DNA of 64,000 nucleotides from a virus (lineage: Duplodnaviria > Caudoviricetes). The stretch spans positions 4,466-68,465 of the IMG/VR virus record IMGVR_UViG_3300037312_000412; one strand, written 5' to 3'. The notes beneath the pieces were generated by a model. The model did no database searches and was not told the origin of the DNA. It was given only the letters and a program-made list of their open reading frames with translations. Of this stretch, positions 1-9,655 are shown piece after piece (positions within the stretch are counted from its first letter, which is position 1; each line of letters opens with the position of its first letter). The position numbers were made by a program, and so were the translations under genes.

Positions 1-34
1 TGACGCATTCCTCGCAACCGCCAAGGGGGTCTAA

Positions 35-949
35 ATGGCCGTTTCTGCCCGCAGTTCGGTTTACAGCCGGCACCAGCCCGGAGGGGTTTTTCTTCTCACG
101 GACGAGGCCCGGTATTCCGGTGAGGTGTTCTTCGTCGATTCGACGAATGCCAGCGCCTCGAATGTCACCGGAGGCGGGAAGAATCCCGACGCTCCGCTTG
201 CATCCATCGCGTACGCCCTGACTCTGTGTACCGCGGGGCAGGGCGACGTGATTATCGTTCACCCGAATCATGCCGAGCCCGTGCTCACTGCCGCCGGCAC
301 GCTGACCGTCAGCGTGAACGACGTCACGATTCTGGGGCAAGCGGTCGGTCAGCGCCGACCCAAGATCACATTCTCGACAGCGACCACGGCGAGTTTCCTG
401 ATCAGCGGTTCGGGCGTGCGGATCAGCAATCTGTACTTCGATTGCACGGGCTTCGACGCCCTAGCGAACCCGGTCAACGTGACTGGTCCGGACTGCGAAA
501 TCACCGATTGCTCGTTCCTTCTGGCGAATTCCACGAATCAGGCGGTCTGCGGTGTCAACGCCAGCGCCGCCGCAAATCGTCTCAAGATCGAGCGGTGCAG
601 ATTCCTAGGTTCGAGCGATGCGGGCTGCACGGCCGCAGTGGTTCTCACTGGTGGCGACGGAGCGCAAGTCGTCGATTGCTTCATGCAAGGGGCGTACAGC
701 TCTGGTGTGGGCGGAATCCAGAACGTCACCACCGCCTGCACGAACACGCTCGTCAAGGGCAACACGATCAACAACCTCACCGCCTCGAATACGAAGGCGA
801 TGGTGTTTGTCTCGGGTTCCACGGGTGTGATTCGCGACAACCGCATGCAGATTCTGTCGGGCACCGCGCCCATCACGGGAGCGGCGATGTCGTGGGTCGG
901 AGGCAATTATTACGCGGCCGGCATCGCTACTGGCGGCACACTCATCTGA
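35..949 (+). CDS. Right-handed parallel beta-helix (pectin-lyase-like) protein, probable head-associated virion protein
   Basis: Periodic strands ISNLYF/ITDCSF/IERCRF/VVDCFM/VKGNTI/IRDNRM; lies just upstream of the head-tail connector genes. Confidence 0.7.
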   Translation: MAVSARSSVYSRHQPGGVFLLTDEARYSGEVFFVDSTNASASNVTGGGKNPDAPLASIAYALTLCTAGQGDVIIVHPNHAEPVLTAAGTLTVSVNDVTILGQAVGQRRPKITFSTATTASFLISGSGVRISNLYFDCTGFDALANPVNVTGPDCEITDCSFLLANSTNQAVCGVNASAAANRLKIERCRFLGSSDAGCTAAVVLTGGDGAQVVDCFMQGAYSSGVGGIQNVTTACTNTLVKGNTINNLTASNTKAMVFVSGSTGVIRDNRMQILSGTAPITGAAMSWVGGNYYAAGIATGGTLI

Positions 950-962
950 TTGGAGGTGAGCC

Positions 963-1385
963 GTGTCTGGCTCGGCGATGACATTCGACATCGACAAGGT
1001 GGGGCCGCTCTGCGTCCTCATCGTGTCATGGACTTCGGACTCTTCGACAGGAGCTGTCACCGGCACCTCTCCGAAGATCACCGGAACGCTGGTCAAAGGA
1101 CAGACGATTCCCAGCGGAACCGCTGTTCCGAGCGACAACTACGACATCAACATCACGGACGAATCGAGCATCGACGTGCTCACGGCATGCCAGAGCAATC
1201 TGACGAACCGCGACACGTCAAACCACGAGGAAGCCTATTTCCTCGTGACCAATGCAGACGGCACGCCCAGCGCTTCGAGTGCCCATCCGGTCGTTTGCGA
1301 CAAACTCACTGTCGCAATCACCAATGCCGGAAATGCGACCAAGGGAACCATCCGCATCTACTACATCCCCGGTGCTAAGTCGTGA
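963..1385 (+). CDS. Hypothetical virion protein (beta-rich, Ser/Thr-rich)
   Basis: GTG start after GGAGG; overlaps the next gene; located in the morphogenesis module. Confidence 0.65.
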   Translation: MSGSAMTFDIDKVGPLCVLIVSWTSDSSTGAVTGTSPKITGTLVKGQTIPSGTAVPSDNYDINITDESSIDVLTACQSNLTNRDTSNHEEAYFLVTNADGTPSASSAHPVVCDKLTVAITNAGNATKGTIRIYYIPGAKS

Positions 1386-1993
1386 CGGGAATCTTCACTT
1401 GGTTTCATCAGGTCTGGCCGGATTCGTCCGTCAAGTACGGCATCCGCCAGACCGTTGCTCCCGAATCTACCGTGGTGACGGTGGACGACGCCAAGCATCA
1501 CTGCCGCATCGATACGAGTTTTGACGACGACTACGTGAACGGGCTGATCCTGGCAGCAGAGTCAGCATTGCAGAAGGAATACGGCTGCCAGTTTTTAACT
1601 GCGACGTGGCAACTCGTTCTCGACTACTTCCCGCCCACAATTCGCGTCCCGATTAGCCCTCTGCAGTCGGTGACCAGCATCACTTACGACGACGTGCAAG
1701 GAAATCAGCAGACGCTCGATACCTCGTGGTATCTGGTGGACGACGTGCGACAACCGGCTCGCATCCAGCCCTCTTACGGGCATGCGTGGCCGCCGACATA
1801 CACGGTTCTGAACCCCATCACAATCACGTTCACCGCAGGCTATGGCGATGAAGCGGCATCCGTACCAGCCGGTTGTGTCCACGCCATCAAGCTCTACGTC
1901 AATGCGCTCTATCAGAACCGCGAACCGACCGAGATGGAATGGAGCACCATCGGCAACCTGATGATCGATGTGAACCGTGGTATCTACGCTTAG
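1382..1993 (+). CDS. Head-tail connector (gp6/gp15-like adaptor)
   Basis: Motifs VTVDDAKHHCRID..DDDYV..LILAA, PLQSVTSITY.D, ITFTAGYG, AIKLYVNALYQNRE. Confidence 0.88.
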   Translation: MTGIFTWFHQVWPDSSVKYGIRQTVAPESTVVTVDDAKHHCRIDTSFDDDYVNGLILAAESALQKEYGCQFLTATWQLVLDYFPPTIRVPISPLQSVTSITYDDVQGNQQTLDTSWYLVDDVRQPARIQPSYGHAWPPTYTVLNPITITFTAGYGDEAASVPAGCVHAIKLYVNALYQNREPTEMEWSTIGNLMIDVNRGIYA

Positions 1994-2342
1994 GGAACTC
2001 AAAGCCGGCGAACTGAGACACCGGATCCAGTTTCAATACAACTCCGCGGTGGCGGACGCAGACACAGGTACACAGGATCCCGCTGGACCGTGGAAATTGC
2101 TGTTCGAGTGCTGGGCGAAGATTGAGGACTTGAGTGGCAGTGAACAGTGGCTGGACGAAACAAACAGGGCGATTGCCTCACATCTGATTACCTGCCGGGG
2201 AGCGAGAGAACTCGGAACACTGACGGCAGCCATGCGGATTCAGTCGCTCGATAACCAGCAGCTCTACGGAATCGTGAACATCAACGACGTTGAGGAGCGT
2301 GGGGTGCGGATGGAAATCGCCTGCATGCGAGAAACAGGATGA
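1977..2342 (+). CDS. Head closure / head-tail joining protein
   Basis: AGELRHRI.FQ and WAKIE.LSG.E motifs; gene order. Confidence 0.85.
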   Translation: MVSTLRELKAGELRHRIQFQYNSAVADADTGTQDPAGPWKLLFECWAKIEDLSGSEQWLDETNRAIASHLITCRGARELGTLTAAMRIQSLDNQQLYGIVNINDVEERGVRMEIACMRETG

Positions 2343-2893
2343 GTGGTTTGACCGGAGTCCGGAAGCTCGACCGCAAGCTCCAGGCTCTCGACCGGAAAGT
2401 GCAAAAGAAGCTCATCAGGTCTGCGGTCAATAAGGCGCTGACGATCGCGAAGAAAGCGATTCAAGCGGAAATCCCCGGTAGATATCCCGACCTCAAAAAA
2501 GCGGTCGGCAAGCGGCTGAATAAAGCGAAGACAGGGAATCAGAAGGGGCAAACGGTTGGCAAGGTGGGCGCTGCGGTCGGCATGAACGCCAAACGTCGCG
2601 CGAAGATGGCCGAGAAGAAGGGACCACGCAAGCGACCCGGAGTTGGAATCGGACCGGAGAACGCGCACTGGTTTTTGGTTGGGACGGGACAGCGGACACG
2701 CGGCTATCGGCGGATTCGAGTCAAAAGCGGCTGGAGAAGGAAGCGGACAACGCATCCGATTCAGTCCACTGGACGCATGAAGCCAGTTGCCCCGAATGCG
2801 GTCAAAAGAGGATTCGAAAAGTCGGCGGCGCAGCAGATGGAAAAGATTCGCTCCTCGCTTGAGGACGGGATTGCCAAGGAAGCCAAGGCGTGA
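2339..2893 (+). CDS. HK97 gp10-like tail completion protein
   Basis: LTGVRKLDRKL..L, HWFLVGT, TGRM.P..AVKRGF; gene order. Confidence 0.8.
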   Translation: MSGLTGVRKLDRKLQALDRKVQKKLIRSAVNKALTIAKKAIQAEIPGRYPDLKKAVGKRLNKAKTGNQKGQTVGKVGAAVGMNAKRRAKMAEKKGPRKRPGVGIGPENAHWFLVGTGQRTRGYRRIRVKSGWRRKRTTHPIQSTGRMKPVAPNAVKRGFEKSAAQQMEKIRSSLEDGIAKEAKA

Positions 2894-3321
2894 TTGAGAG
2901 CGGAATCAGAACATTGCTCGGGGCGCAGTCCTCAATCACGAATCTGCTGACATCGCAGACCATCGGAACAGTGACGTTTAACGGGATTTTCGTTCAGCAG
3001 GCGAAGCAGGGATTCATTCCACCGTTCATCGCCATCAAGCGGATCGAGCGTGATCCGATGGCATGTCTCGACGGGACGGTCGGAATGATGTCCAGCGACA
3101 TCGTGGTGAGTTGCGTGGCGCTGACATCAGACAAGGCGGATGCAGTGGCAAAAGCGGTCACGGATTACTTCAAGGATTACACGGGCGCGGCGGGTTCCGA
3201 CACCATCGACGCGGTGATTTGGACCGATGCACCCACGGACGAAATCGCGGACCCAGCCGGCGGCGAAGTCGCGTGGAAGTCGGTGGACCTCGAATTCACG
3301 GTACAGCACCACACGACATGA
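2890..3321 (+). CDS. Tail terminator protein (DUF3168-like)
   Basis: Size, PPFIAI.RI motif, position just before the tail tube gene. Confidence 0.75.
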   Translation: MIESGIRTLLGAQSSITNLLTSQTIGTVTFNGIFVQQAKQGFIPPFIAIKRIERDPMACLDGTVGMMSSDIVVSCVALTSDKADAVAKAVTDYFKDYTGAAGSDTIDAVIWTDAPTDEIADPAGGEVAWKSVDLEFTVQHHTT

Positions 3322-3500
3322 AAATCGACTGGGACCAGGGGCTCTGGCGCGTGTGCGACCTCAACGGGAATGTCCTGCAGCGAGCGAAGCACATCGTCAT
3401 CACCAAGCCGGTGGAACTCATCATCGAACGCGGCAAGCACGGTTGGGCAGTGACCTCTGGGGAATTAACGCAACACGGCGACACGCTGTTTATCACATAG
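3318..3500 (+). CDS. Small hypothetical protein
   Basis: ATGA-coupled start MKIDWDQG; fills the gap before the tail tube gene. Confidence 0.55.
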   Translation: MKIDWDQGLWRVCDLNGNVLQRAKHIVITKPVELIIERGKHGWAVTSGELTQHGDTLFIT

Positions 3501-3509
3501 GAGCAGAAC

Positions 3510-3929
3510 ATGGCGAAAGTTCCCTGCAAGGGCACCTCCCTGAAAATGACGATCAGCATGTCGCTTACGGCGGTCTCGCAGATCATTTCGATGGACCTCC
3601 CGAAGCCGGAATCGGAGACCTACGACTCCACGACTCTCGACCAGTCGAATGCGTGGAAGACCTACGACCCGACCGGCTATTCCGAGCCCGGCGAACTCTC
3701 GGGCGAGTTGTTCTACGACCCGGCTGCTGCTTCCCATGTCGCGCTCTCGGCACTCGTGGCGAATCCCGCATCGAACGCCTGCGAGATCGGCTACATGGAC
3801 TCCGGCACGACCACGCAGGACTTCAACGCGACAGGTTTCTCGCTCGGTGCCACGGTCGCGATGAACGATGGGCTCAAGGGCGAATTCAAGCTCAAGGTCT
3901 CCGGCAACCCCGGCTATCCCACCTCGTAA
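3510..3929 (+). CDS. Major tail (tube) protein
   Basis: GGAG RBS; ETYDSTTLD..WKTY.PTG.SEPGELSGELFYDP, typical siphovirus tail-tube pattern. Confidence 0.85.
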   Translation: MAKVPCKGTSLKMTISMSLTAVSQIISMDLPKPESETYDSTTLDQSNAWKTYDPTGYSEPGELSGELFYDPAAASHVALSALVANPASNACEIGYMDSGTTTQDFNATGFSLGATVAMNDGLKGEFKLKVSGNPGYPTS

Positions 3930-3941
3930 CGAAGGCGAGCA

Positions 3942-4352
3942 ATGAAGGCGAAGATTATCCGCGACGACATCCAGGTCTCTGGTCCGATTCCGGACAGCCT
4001 GAAAGACCAGGTTGCGACGAAGAACGTCAAGCGCAACGGCCGCATGGTGGACCTCCCGTTCTGGAAGGTTGGCGCTGTGTTGGAGCACCGCGAAGCGTGG
4101 CTGCTGGTGCTCTCTGGTTGCGCCGAAGCCGCCGACGACGAATGCAAGGCGAAGGTCAATCGCACTCCCGAACAGCAGAAAGCGGCGGAACTGGCGTACA
4201 GCCGGATTGCCGCTGGCATCGTCCCGAAGGACTTCGAGGCGTTCAACGCCGGCTACATGGTCGGCTATACGCCGAAGGGTGACTGGATTCCCGGTCCGAA
4301 CTACGCGGAATACGTGAAGCAGAAGGAGGCGTCCGAGAATGGCGCTGCGTGA
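3942..4352 (+). CDS. Hypothetical protein between tail tube and chaperone genes
   Basis: 136-aa ORF, tightly packed in the operon. Confidence 0.7.
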   Translation: MKAKIIRDDIQVSGPIPDSLKDQVATKNVKRNGRMVDLPFWKVGAVLEHREAWLLVLSGCAEAADDECKAKVNRTPEQQKAAELAYSRIAAGIVPKDFEAFNAGYMVGYTPKGDWIPGPNYAEYVKQKEASENGAA

Positions 4353-4656
4353 TTTGAAGTCGAAACCCCGCACGGTGCCGATCGGCGATACCACGGTCTT
4401 CGTGCGGTCGCTGACGCTCGGCGAAATCGAGCAGGTGGGAACGCTCGAAAAGACCGACGGCGTCGGCTCGTTGAAGCTCATGCTGTCGCTCGGGCTGGTG
4501 AACGAGGACGGCTCTCCATGCACTGCCGACGACATCGCGGCGGTCCCGATGGAATGCGTGGACCAACTCACCGACGCGATTCGCAAGGCGTCCACTCCGG
4601 GGAGCGTGGACACCATCGTAAAAAACTCCGAAACGACCAGCGCACCATCTTCCTGA
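4339..4656 (+). CDS. Tail assembly chaperone (gpG-like)
   Basis: VFVRSLTLGE motif; lies two ORFs before the tape measure gene; carries a slippery site. Confidence 0.8.
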   Translation: MALRDLKSKPRTVPIGDTTVFVRSLTLGEIEQVGTLEKTDGVGSLKLMLSLGLVNEDGSPCTADDIAAVPMECVDQLTDAIRKASTPGSVDTIVKNSETTSAPSS

Positions 4657-4952
4657 TGCGGCTTGCCGACGACGCTGGTCGGCTCCACGAATGGCGAACA
4701 CTGGCGGCAGAACTCACCCCGCAGCAACTCGCGGAACTCCAGGCGTATCGAAGGCTGTACCCGTGGCAGGATGACCGCGACGACCTGCGACACGCTCTGA
4801 TGACCTCGGTTGTGGCGGGAGCGTGGGGCGGGGAAGTCGATGTCGGCGAACTAGCGATGTACATGGAAAAAATGCGGGAGCAGTCACTCGAAGAGAACGT
4901 GCTCTCGCCCGAGGCTGCCGCTGCAATGATGCGCGGCTTGTTGTCGAGGTAA
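4339..4952 (+). CDS. Tail assembly chaperone gpGT-like product of a programmed -1 frameshift
   Basis: A-AAA-AAC at 4620-4626 is in frame with the chaperone; the -1 frame stays open to 4952 (IFLMRLA..TLAAELTPQQLAELQAYRRLYPW). Confidence 0.8.
4620..4626 (+). other. -1 ribosomal frameshift slippery heptamer AAAAAAC
   Basis: X-XXY-YYZ pattern in the correct phase (GTA AAA AAC). Confidence 0.85.
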
Positions 4953-4955
4953 CGG

Positions 4956-6608
4956 ATGGCTGCCTCAGTCGGCGACCTGGTCGCCAATCTGAACGCGAAC
5001 ACGACCGGATTTACCAAGGGGCTCACGAAGGCCCGCGGTGAACTCTCCGGGTTTTCGTCGTTCGCAGCCAGCGCTCTGTCTGGAATCGCGATTGGCGGCG
5101 GAGTTGGGGCAGTCACCGCGCTGATTTCCGGACTAAAAAGTCTCGGGACATCCGCCTTCGGAACGGCGAAGGAGATGGTGGGACTCGCCGCAACCGCTGA
5201 ATCGAATCAGGTTGCGTTCTCGACGATGCTGGGATCCGCCGACAAGGCGAAGACCGTTCTGGCGCAGATCACCGACCTGGCTGCAAAGACCCCGCTCGAA
5301 ACGTCGGAACTGGTGAGCGCCGGACGCTCCCTCATCGCGTTCAAGCACTCCGCCGAAGAGGTTGTGCCGACGCTCCGCATGCTGGGCGACATCTCTTCGG
5401 GCGTGCAGCAGCCCATCGGTGAGATTGCCGAGATTTACGGCAAGGCTCGCGTGCAGGGTCGACTCTTCGCGGAGGACATCAACCAGTTCACCGGGCGCGG
5501 CATCCCGATTATTCAGGAACTCGCCAAGCAGTTCGGCGTTGGCGACGAAAAGGTCCGCAAGCTGGTTGAGGACGGCAAAGTCGGTTTCCCGCACCTGCAG
5601 AAAGCCTTCATGGCGCTGACCGCCGATGGCGGGAAGTTCCACGGGATGATGGAGGCGCAGTCGAAGACCCTCGCAGGGCTCTGGTCCACGGCGAAGGATA
5701 ACGTCGCCATCGCCATGAAGGGCATCGGCGAGACCATCGTCGAGTCGTTCGGGCTGAAAGACTTGCTCGCGGACTCCAACAGCTTCGCCGAGACATTCCA
5801 GAGCGAGTGGCTGCCGGCGATTCAGGGGACCGTCCAAGCGGCGGGAGAGGTGTTCCGCGGTGTCGTGGACGGGATGAAGGCGGCGTGGAATGGCTGGTTG
5901 GGAGAGACGTTTGAATTGCTGAAGTTCGGTGTTCAGAACTGGGACATCCTGTTCGACATCGCACTCGAACACTTCATTCTGTTTGTCCACAACATTCCCG
6001 AATACTTCTCGACAGCGATGACCAACGTCGTCGAAATCCTGTCGTGGATGGGAGAGAACTGGTTCGACATTCTCAAGACGATGTTGAGCGTTGAGGAAAC
6101 GGTACTCAAGAATCTCGCATCGAATGCCGTCGGCTATTTCAAGGAGATTTTCGACTACTACTACAGCCTTGGGGATGACCCGGTTGAGTTTCAGTTCAAA
6201 GGACTGACAGAGGGGTTCAAGAACTCCATCAAGGAACTGCCGAAGCTCACCGAGGCAAATTTGGCGACTACGACGCCGCGACTGGAATCTCTGTATTCGC
6301 AACTTGGATCGCGTGAAGCGGAGGCGAATAAAAAGGCAGTCGCGCAGGCCGCGGGGGTGGCAGCTCCAGGAGAATTGAAAGTCACCGACACCTTCAAAAC
6401 CGAAGGGAAAAAGCACAAGGATACTGTTGCCGCTGCGCTGCAGGGATCCAAAGAGGATCTATCCGCTGTTGCTGCTGCCGTCAACGGGACTCGCGGCAAG
6501 AATCCCCTTGAGAAGATCGGCAATCAGCAGCTTGGCGAACTGAAAGCCATCCATACCGAGATTGCAAAGGTCGGAAAAACGCCAGCGGTTGTGCGGAGGG
6601 GGCTCTAA
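4956..6608 (+). CDS. Tape measure protein (550 aa)
   Basis: N-terminal VGDLVANLNANTTGF; tape-measure domain TPLETSELV..GDISSG..GKARVQGRL.AEDINQF.GRGIPI. Confidence 0.95.
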   Translation: MAASVGDLVANLNANTTGFTKGLTKARGELSGFSSFAASALSGIAIGGGVGAVTALISGLKSLGTSAFGTAKEMVGLAATAESNQVAFSTMLGSADKAKTVLAQITDLAAKTPLETSELVSAGRSLIAFKHSAEEVVPTLRMLGDISSGVQQPIGEIAEIYGKARVQGRLFAEDINQFTGRGIPIIQELAKQFGVGDEKVRKLVEDGKVGFPHLQKAFMALTADGGKFHGMMEAQSKTLAGLWSTAKDNVAIAMKGIGETIVESFGLKDLLADSNSFAETFQSEWLPAIQGTVQAAGEVFRGVVDGMKAAWNGWLGETFELLKFGVQNWDILFDIALEHFILFVHNIPEYFSTAMTNVVEILSWMGENWFDILKTMLSVEETVLKNLASNAVGYFKEIFDYYYSLGDDPVEFQFKGLTEGFKNSIKELPKLTEANLATTTPRLESLYSQLGSREAEANKKAVAQAAGVAAPGELKVTDTFKTEGKKHKDTVAAALQGSKEDLSAVAAAVNGTRGKNPLEKIGNQQLGELKAIHTEIAKVGKTPAVVRRGL

Positions 6609-7513
6609 TGGCAGTCCTCTCCATCAATCGCATTTCGGGAGAATCTTCGGATTACTCGAAGATCATCGACAGCAGCGCAAGCCTGCAGTGGCTGGCGAAG
6701 GTGTCGAGCCGGCAGGACAAAGGGAAAGACATCCTGCTGTATGGCTGGAACAACGAAATTCTGCCGTTCCCATTCGAGGATTTCTTTCCCGATTCGCCAA
6801 TCCTCTCCTGTCGCCACATTAAGGCGGAACAGGACAAATCCGCACCGCTCAAGTGGATTGTCACCGCCGACTATTCCAGCGAACCGCTGATCCAGGCGGA
6901 CAAGGACGAGGTGAAGGAAGAGAACCCGTTAATGCGGCCGGCGCGCATTAAGTGGTCCACGAACAAATACCTCAAAGGCATCAACAAGGACATCAACGGC
7001 AAAGCCATCGTCAATTCTGCCGGGGATTTCTTCGACCCAACGGTCGAGATCGACTGCTCCCACTGGACGGCAACAATCCAGAAGAACCTGCCGTGGGTGC
7101 CAAGCTGGCTCATCGACTACGACAACACTATCAACTCGAAGTCGTTCAACATCCAGGGGCTGACTATCCAGCCCTACAAGGCTCGTATCGACGAAATCGA
7201 GATCAGCGAGCCGCAGGAGCAGAACGGATATGAGTTCGTCGTCTTCACGTACAAGCTCGAATTCCGTGGAGAGGGATTCAAGTTGGTCGTGCAGGACCAG
7301 GGGATGAGACAGAAGGTCGCGGCGGGCATTGTGGACGGCAAAGCCACATACAACTGGGTGAAGTGCAAGAACGATGACGGATCCGACGTGACCGCCCCGG
7401 TTCCTCTGGACGGAAGTGGGGGGCAACTCGAAAACCCCACCGTGGACACCATCAAATACCTGTCGTTCGACGGCTACAACGCGCAGGACTTCAACGTCCT
7501 GCCATTGGAATAG
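6608..7513 (+). CDS. Probable distal tail/hub protein
   Basis: Directly follows the tape measure gene (TAATG overlap); beta-rich. Confidence 0.6.
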   Translation: MAVLSINRISGESSDYSKIIDSSASLQWLAKVSSRQDKGKDILLYGWNNEILPFPFEDFFPDSPILSCRHIKAEQDKSAPLKWIVTADYSSEPLIQADKDEVKEENPLMRPARIKWSTNKYLKGINKDINGKAIVNSAGDFFDPTVEIDCSHWTATIQKNLPWVPSWLIDYDNTINSKSFNIQGLTIQPYKARIDEIEISEPQEQNGYEFVVFTYKLEFRGEGFKLVVQDQGMRQKVAAGIVDGKATYNWVKCKNDDGSDVTAPVPLDGSGGQLENPTVDTIKYLSFDGYNAQDFNVLPLE

Positions 7514-7522
7514 GAGTTTTCA

Positions 7523-7987
7523 ATGAGATTCACGGGAACGGGAACATTCGACGCCGGGTTTATCTTCGACACGCACGTCAACAGCAACGCCGGCATCGAC
7601 GTGTCGAAGATGGAGCATGCACTTCCCAAGGGCACCAATTTCAACACCGCGATCGGCGGCACGCCCGCTACCCGCGAAGAACTCGTCCACTGCTTCACTC
7701 AGGACGGGCGCATCGTTGGGTTTCACGCATTGCTGAACGCCGTTGGCAGCGGTACCAGCATTGTGTTCGACCTGAAAAAGAACGGGACGAGCATTCTGGG
7801 TGCCGGCACAGTCACCATCACGAACTCCGACACCTCGGGGCAGACCTACGATGGCACGCTGACCGCGAGTCCGACCGCATGCGTCGCCGGCGACAGGATC
7901 TCTATTCTGATGACCGTGGGCAGTTCCACCGGAGCGCAGGGCGCGTTCGCGTGGGCGGAGATCATCGAGGACACCGCGACCTCGTGA
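7523..7987 (+). CDS. Hypothetical tail protein
   Basis: GGAG RBS; Gly/Thr-rich; position in the tail module. Confidence 0.6.
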   Translation: MRFTGTGTFDAGFIFDTHVNSNAGIDVSKMEHALPKGTNFNTAIGGTPATREELVHCFTQDGRIVGFHALLNAVGSGTSIVFDLKKNGTSILGAGTVTITNSDTSGQTYDGTLTASPTACVAGDRISILMTVGSSTGAQGAFAWAEIIEDTATS

Positions 7988-7988
7988 T

Positions 7989-9191
7989 ATGCCTGACGCA
8001 ATTGTTGCCTTTGATTCCGAAGATTCCTTTGACCGCATGGCCCGTGTGGTCCATCGGGAGGAGCGTTCGTATCGCCAGCGGCTGAACCGTCCCCAGAGAG
8101 GAAGGTATCAGGGCGAGCAGGAACAAATCCTCTGCGGTCGCATCGTCAGCAGTCTTTCGCAGTACGGGACATGCGCCGTATTGCTGACAATCGCAGATGG
8201 AAACGGCAGTGAAGTCGCGTTTGAGCCGGCGCAGACATACACGGTCTGGGATCGGCGCGGAGATGCGAGTCCCGCTATCACGTCAGTTAGCAGCGTGCAG
8301 ACAATCACGCTGAACTCAGGAACCACGAGCGGCAACGGCATTGTCAGCACCAGCGCCGGGGACACCGGCAGCGTGGTGTACAACGAAACCGCGAGCCAGT
8401 TCCAAACGGAGATGGATACGCTCTTCGGGGCGGGTAACACGGTCGTCTCTGGCGGTCCGCTGGGCACTGCGGCACTGACTATCACATTTCAGGGCACGCT
8501 CGCGGGAGTCGATGTCCCGACGTTCTCCCTTGGGACGAACAGCTTCTCTGGCGGAAGCAACCCCGGCTTGACATTCGCGACCACGACTGCCGGCATTGAA
8601 TGGCGGTGCGATTTTCGGTTCAGCAGCCAGTTCGGGAAGTTTGTTTTCGAGAACATCCCGTGCCAAGGGATTTCGTCGAGTAGTTCCTCATCGTCCAGCA
8701 GTTCTTCCAGTTCTTCGAGCAGTTCAAGCTCAAGTAGTTCTTCAAGCTCGTCCAGCAGCAGTTCCTCAAGCTCTTCTTCGTCGAGTTCGAGCAGCTCGTC
8801 CTCCAGCAGTTCTTCGAGTTCTTCGTCATCAAGCAGCATCAACCCGAATTGCGCGGCGTGCAGCAGTGCGGCGAGTTCCTACACCCTGGGTATCACCGCC
8901 CCGTCGAACGGAACGTGTTCGAATTGCGGCGGAATCGCAGGGTCATTCAGCCCGATTGCTCGCGTGTCTGATTGCAACTGGACATTAGTTACCAGCACTG
9001 CGATTTGCAGTGGCTTCCTGCATATCAATATCTCATATAGCGGCGGCACGACGACGCTCACGATGACAGACGGGACGAGCACGATTGCCACCTATACTGC
9101 CGCGGCGTGCCCATCAAGCGGATTGTCGCTGACGCGGGCATCCAATAGCGGCGCATGCACCAGTTGGCCCACGACAGTCACGATTTCATGA
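7989..9191 (+). CDS. Tail tip/fibre protein with an Ig-like module, a 55-Ser tract and a Cys-rich C-terminal domain
   Basis: VQTITL..G..SG...YN.TA..Q..D.L.G.GN.VVSGG..TITFQG module; poly-Ser; 8 Cys after the tract. Confidence 0.75.
   Translation: MPDAIVAFDSEDSFDRMARVVHREERSYRQRLNRPQRGRYQGEQEQILCGRIVSSLSQYGTCAVLLTIADGNGSEVAFEPAQTYTVWDRRGDASPAITSVSSVQTITLNSGTTSGNGIVSTSAGDTGSVVYNETASQFQTEMDTLFGAGNTVVSGGPLGTAALTITFQGTLAGVDVPTFSLGTNSFSGGSNPGLTFATTTAGIEWRCDFRFSSQFGKFVFENIPCQGISSSSSSSSSSSSSSSSSSSSSSSSSSSSSSSSSSSSSSSSSSSSSSSSSSSSSSSINPNCAACSSAASSYTLGITAPSNGTCSNCGGIAGSFSPIARVSDCNWTLVTSTAICSGFLHINISYSGGTTTLTMTDGTSTIATYTAAACPSSGLSLTRASNSGACTSWPTTVTIS
8673..8837 (+). repeat. Poly-serine tract (55 codons)
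   Basis: Counted codon by codon; all six Ser codons are used with no nucleotide periodicity. Confidence 0.97.
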
Positions 9192-9655
9192 CTCCTGCCC
9201 AAGCCGCCGCCATCGCAGACCAAATCGAAGGCTGGATGTATCCGGACGAACTGCTCTGGATCGCACAGACCGCGGCCACTTGTCAGCGATGGCTGGAGAT
9301 CGGCGTGCATCGCGGTCGCAGCCTGACGGCCGCCGCGCTTGTGTGTCCGGAAGTCTACGGCGTGGATCCCGAGATGCCCGCGCACATCGAAGCTGACGCG
9401 ACGTTCTTGCGACTTCCAAGCCTCGCGGCCGTCACGCGATTCCCAGACGGCTACTTCGACGCGGTATTCATCGACGGGGATCACAGCTACGAGGGCGTGA
9501 AGGCCGACATTGCCGCGTGGCGACCGAAAACGAAAGGGCTGCTCTGCGGACATGACTATGGAAAGAGTGATTTGCCTGGCGTGACGCAGGCGGTGGATGA
9601 GGCGTTTGGCGTTCCCGAGCGTGGGTCCGGGAGCATTTGGTTTGTGAGGGTTTGA
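9188..9655 (+). CDS. Class I SAM-dependent methyltransferase (Methyltransf_24-like)
   Basis: LEIGVHRGRS and DAVFIDGDHSYEGVKADI..W.P..G.LCGHDY; ATGA overlap with the poly-Ser gene. Confidence 0.9.
   Translation: MTPAQAAAIADQIEGWMYPDELLWIAQTAATCQRWLEIGVHRGRSLTAAALVCPEVYGVDPEMPAHIEADATFLRLPSLAAVTRFPDGYFDAVFIDGDHSYEGVKADIAAWRPKTKGLLCGHDYGKSDLPGVTQAVDEAFGVPERGSGSIWFVRV

Noticed and set aside
3465-6416. Long minus-strand ORFs (3465-4793, 5133-6416)
   Set aside because: Antisense shadows of well-supported tail genes in GC-rich DNA; no motifs or RBS support. The same applies to 40121-41386 and 61576-62562.
8673-8837. Poly-Ser as an assembly artefact or microsatellite
   Set aside because: The codons are heterogeneous with no nucleotide periodicity.
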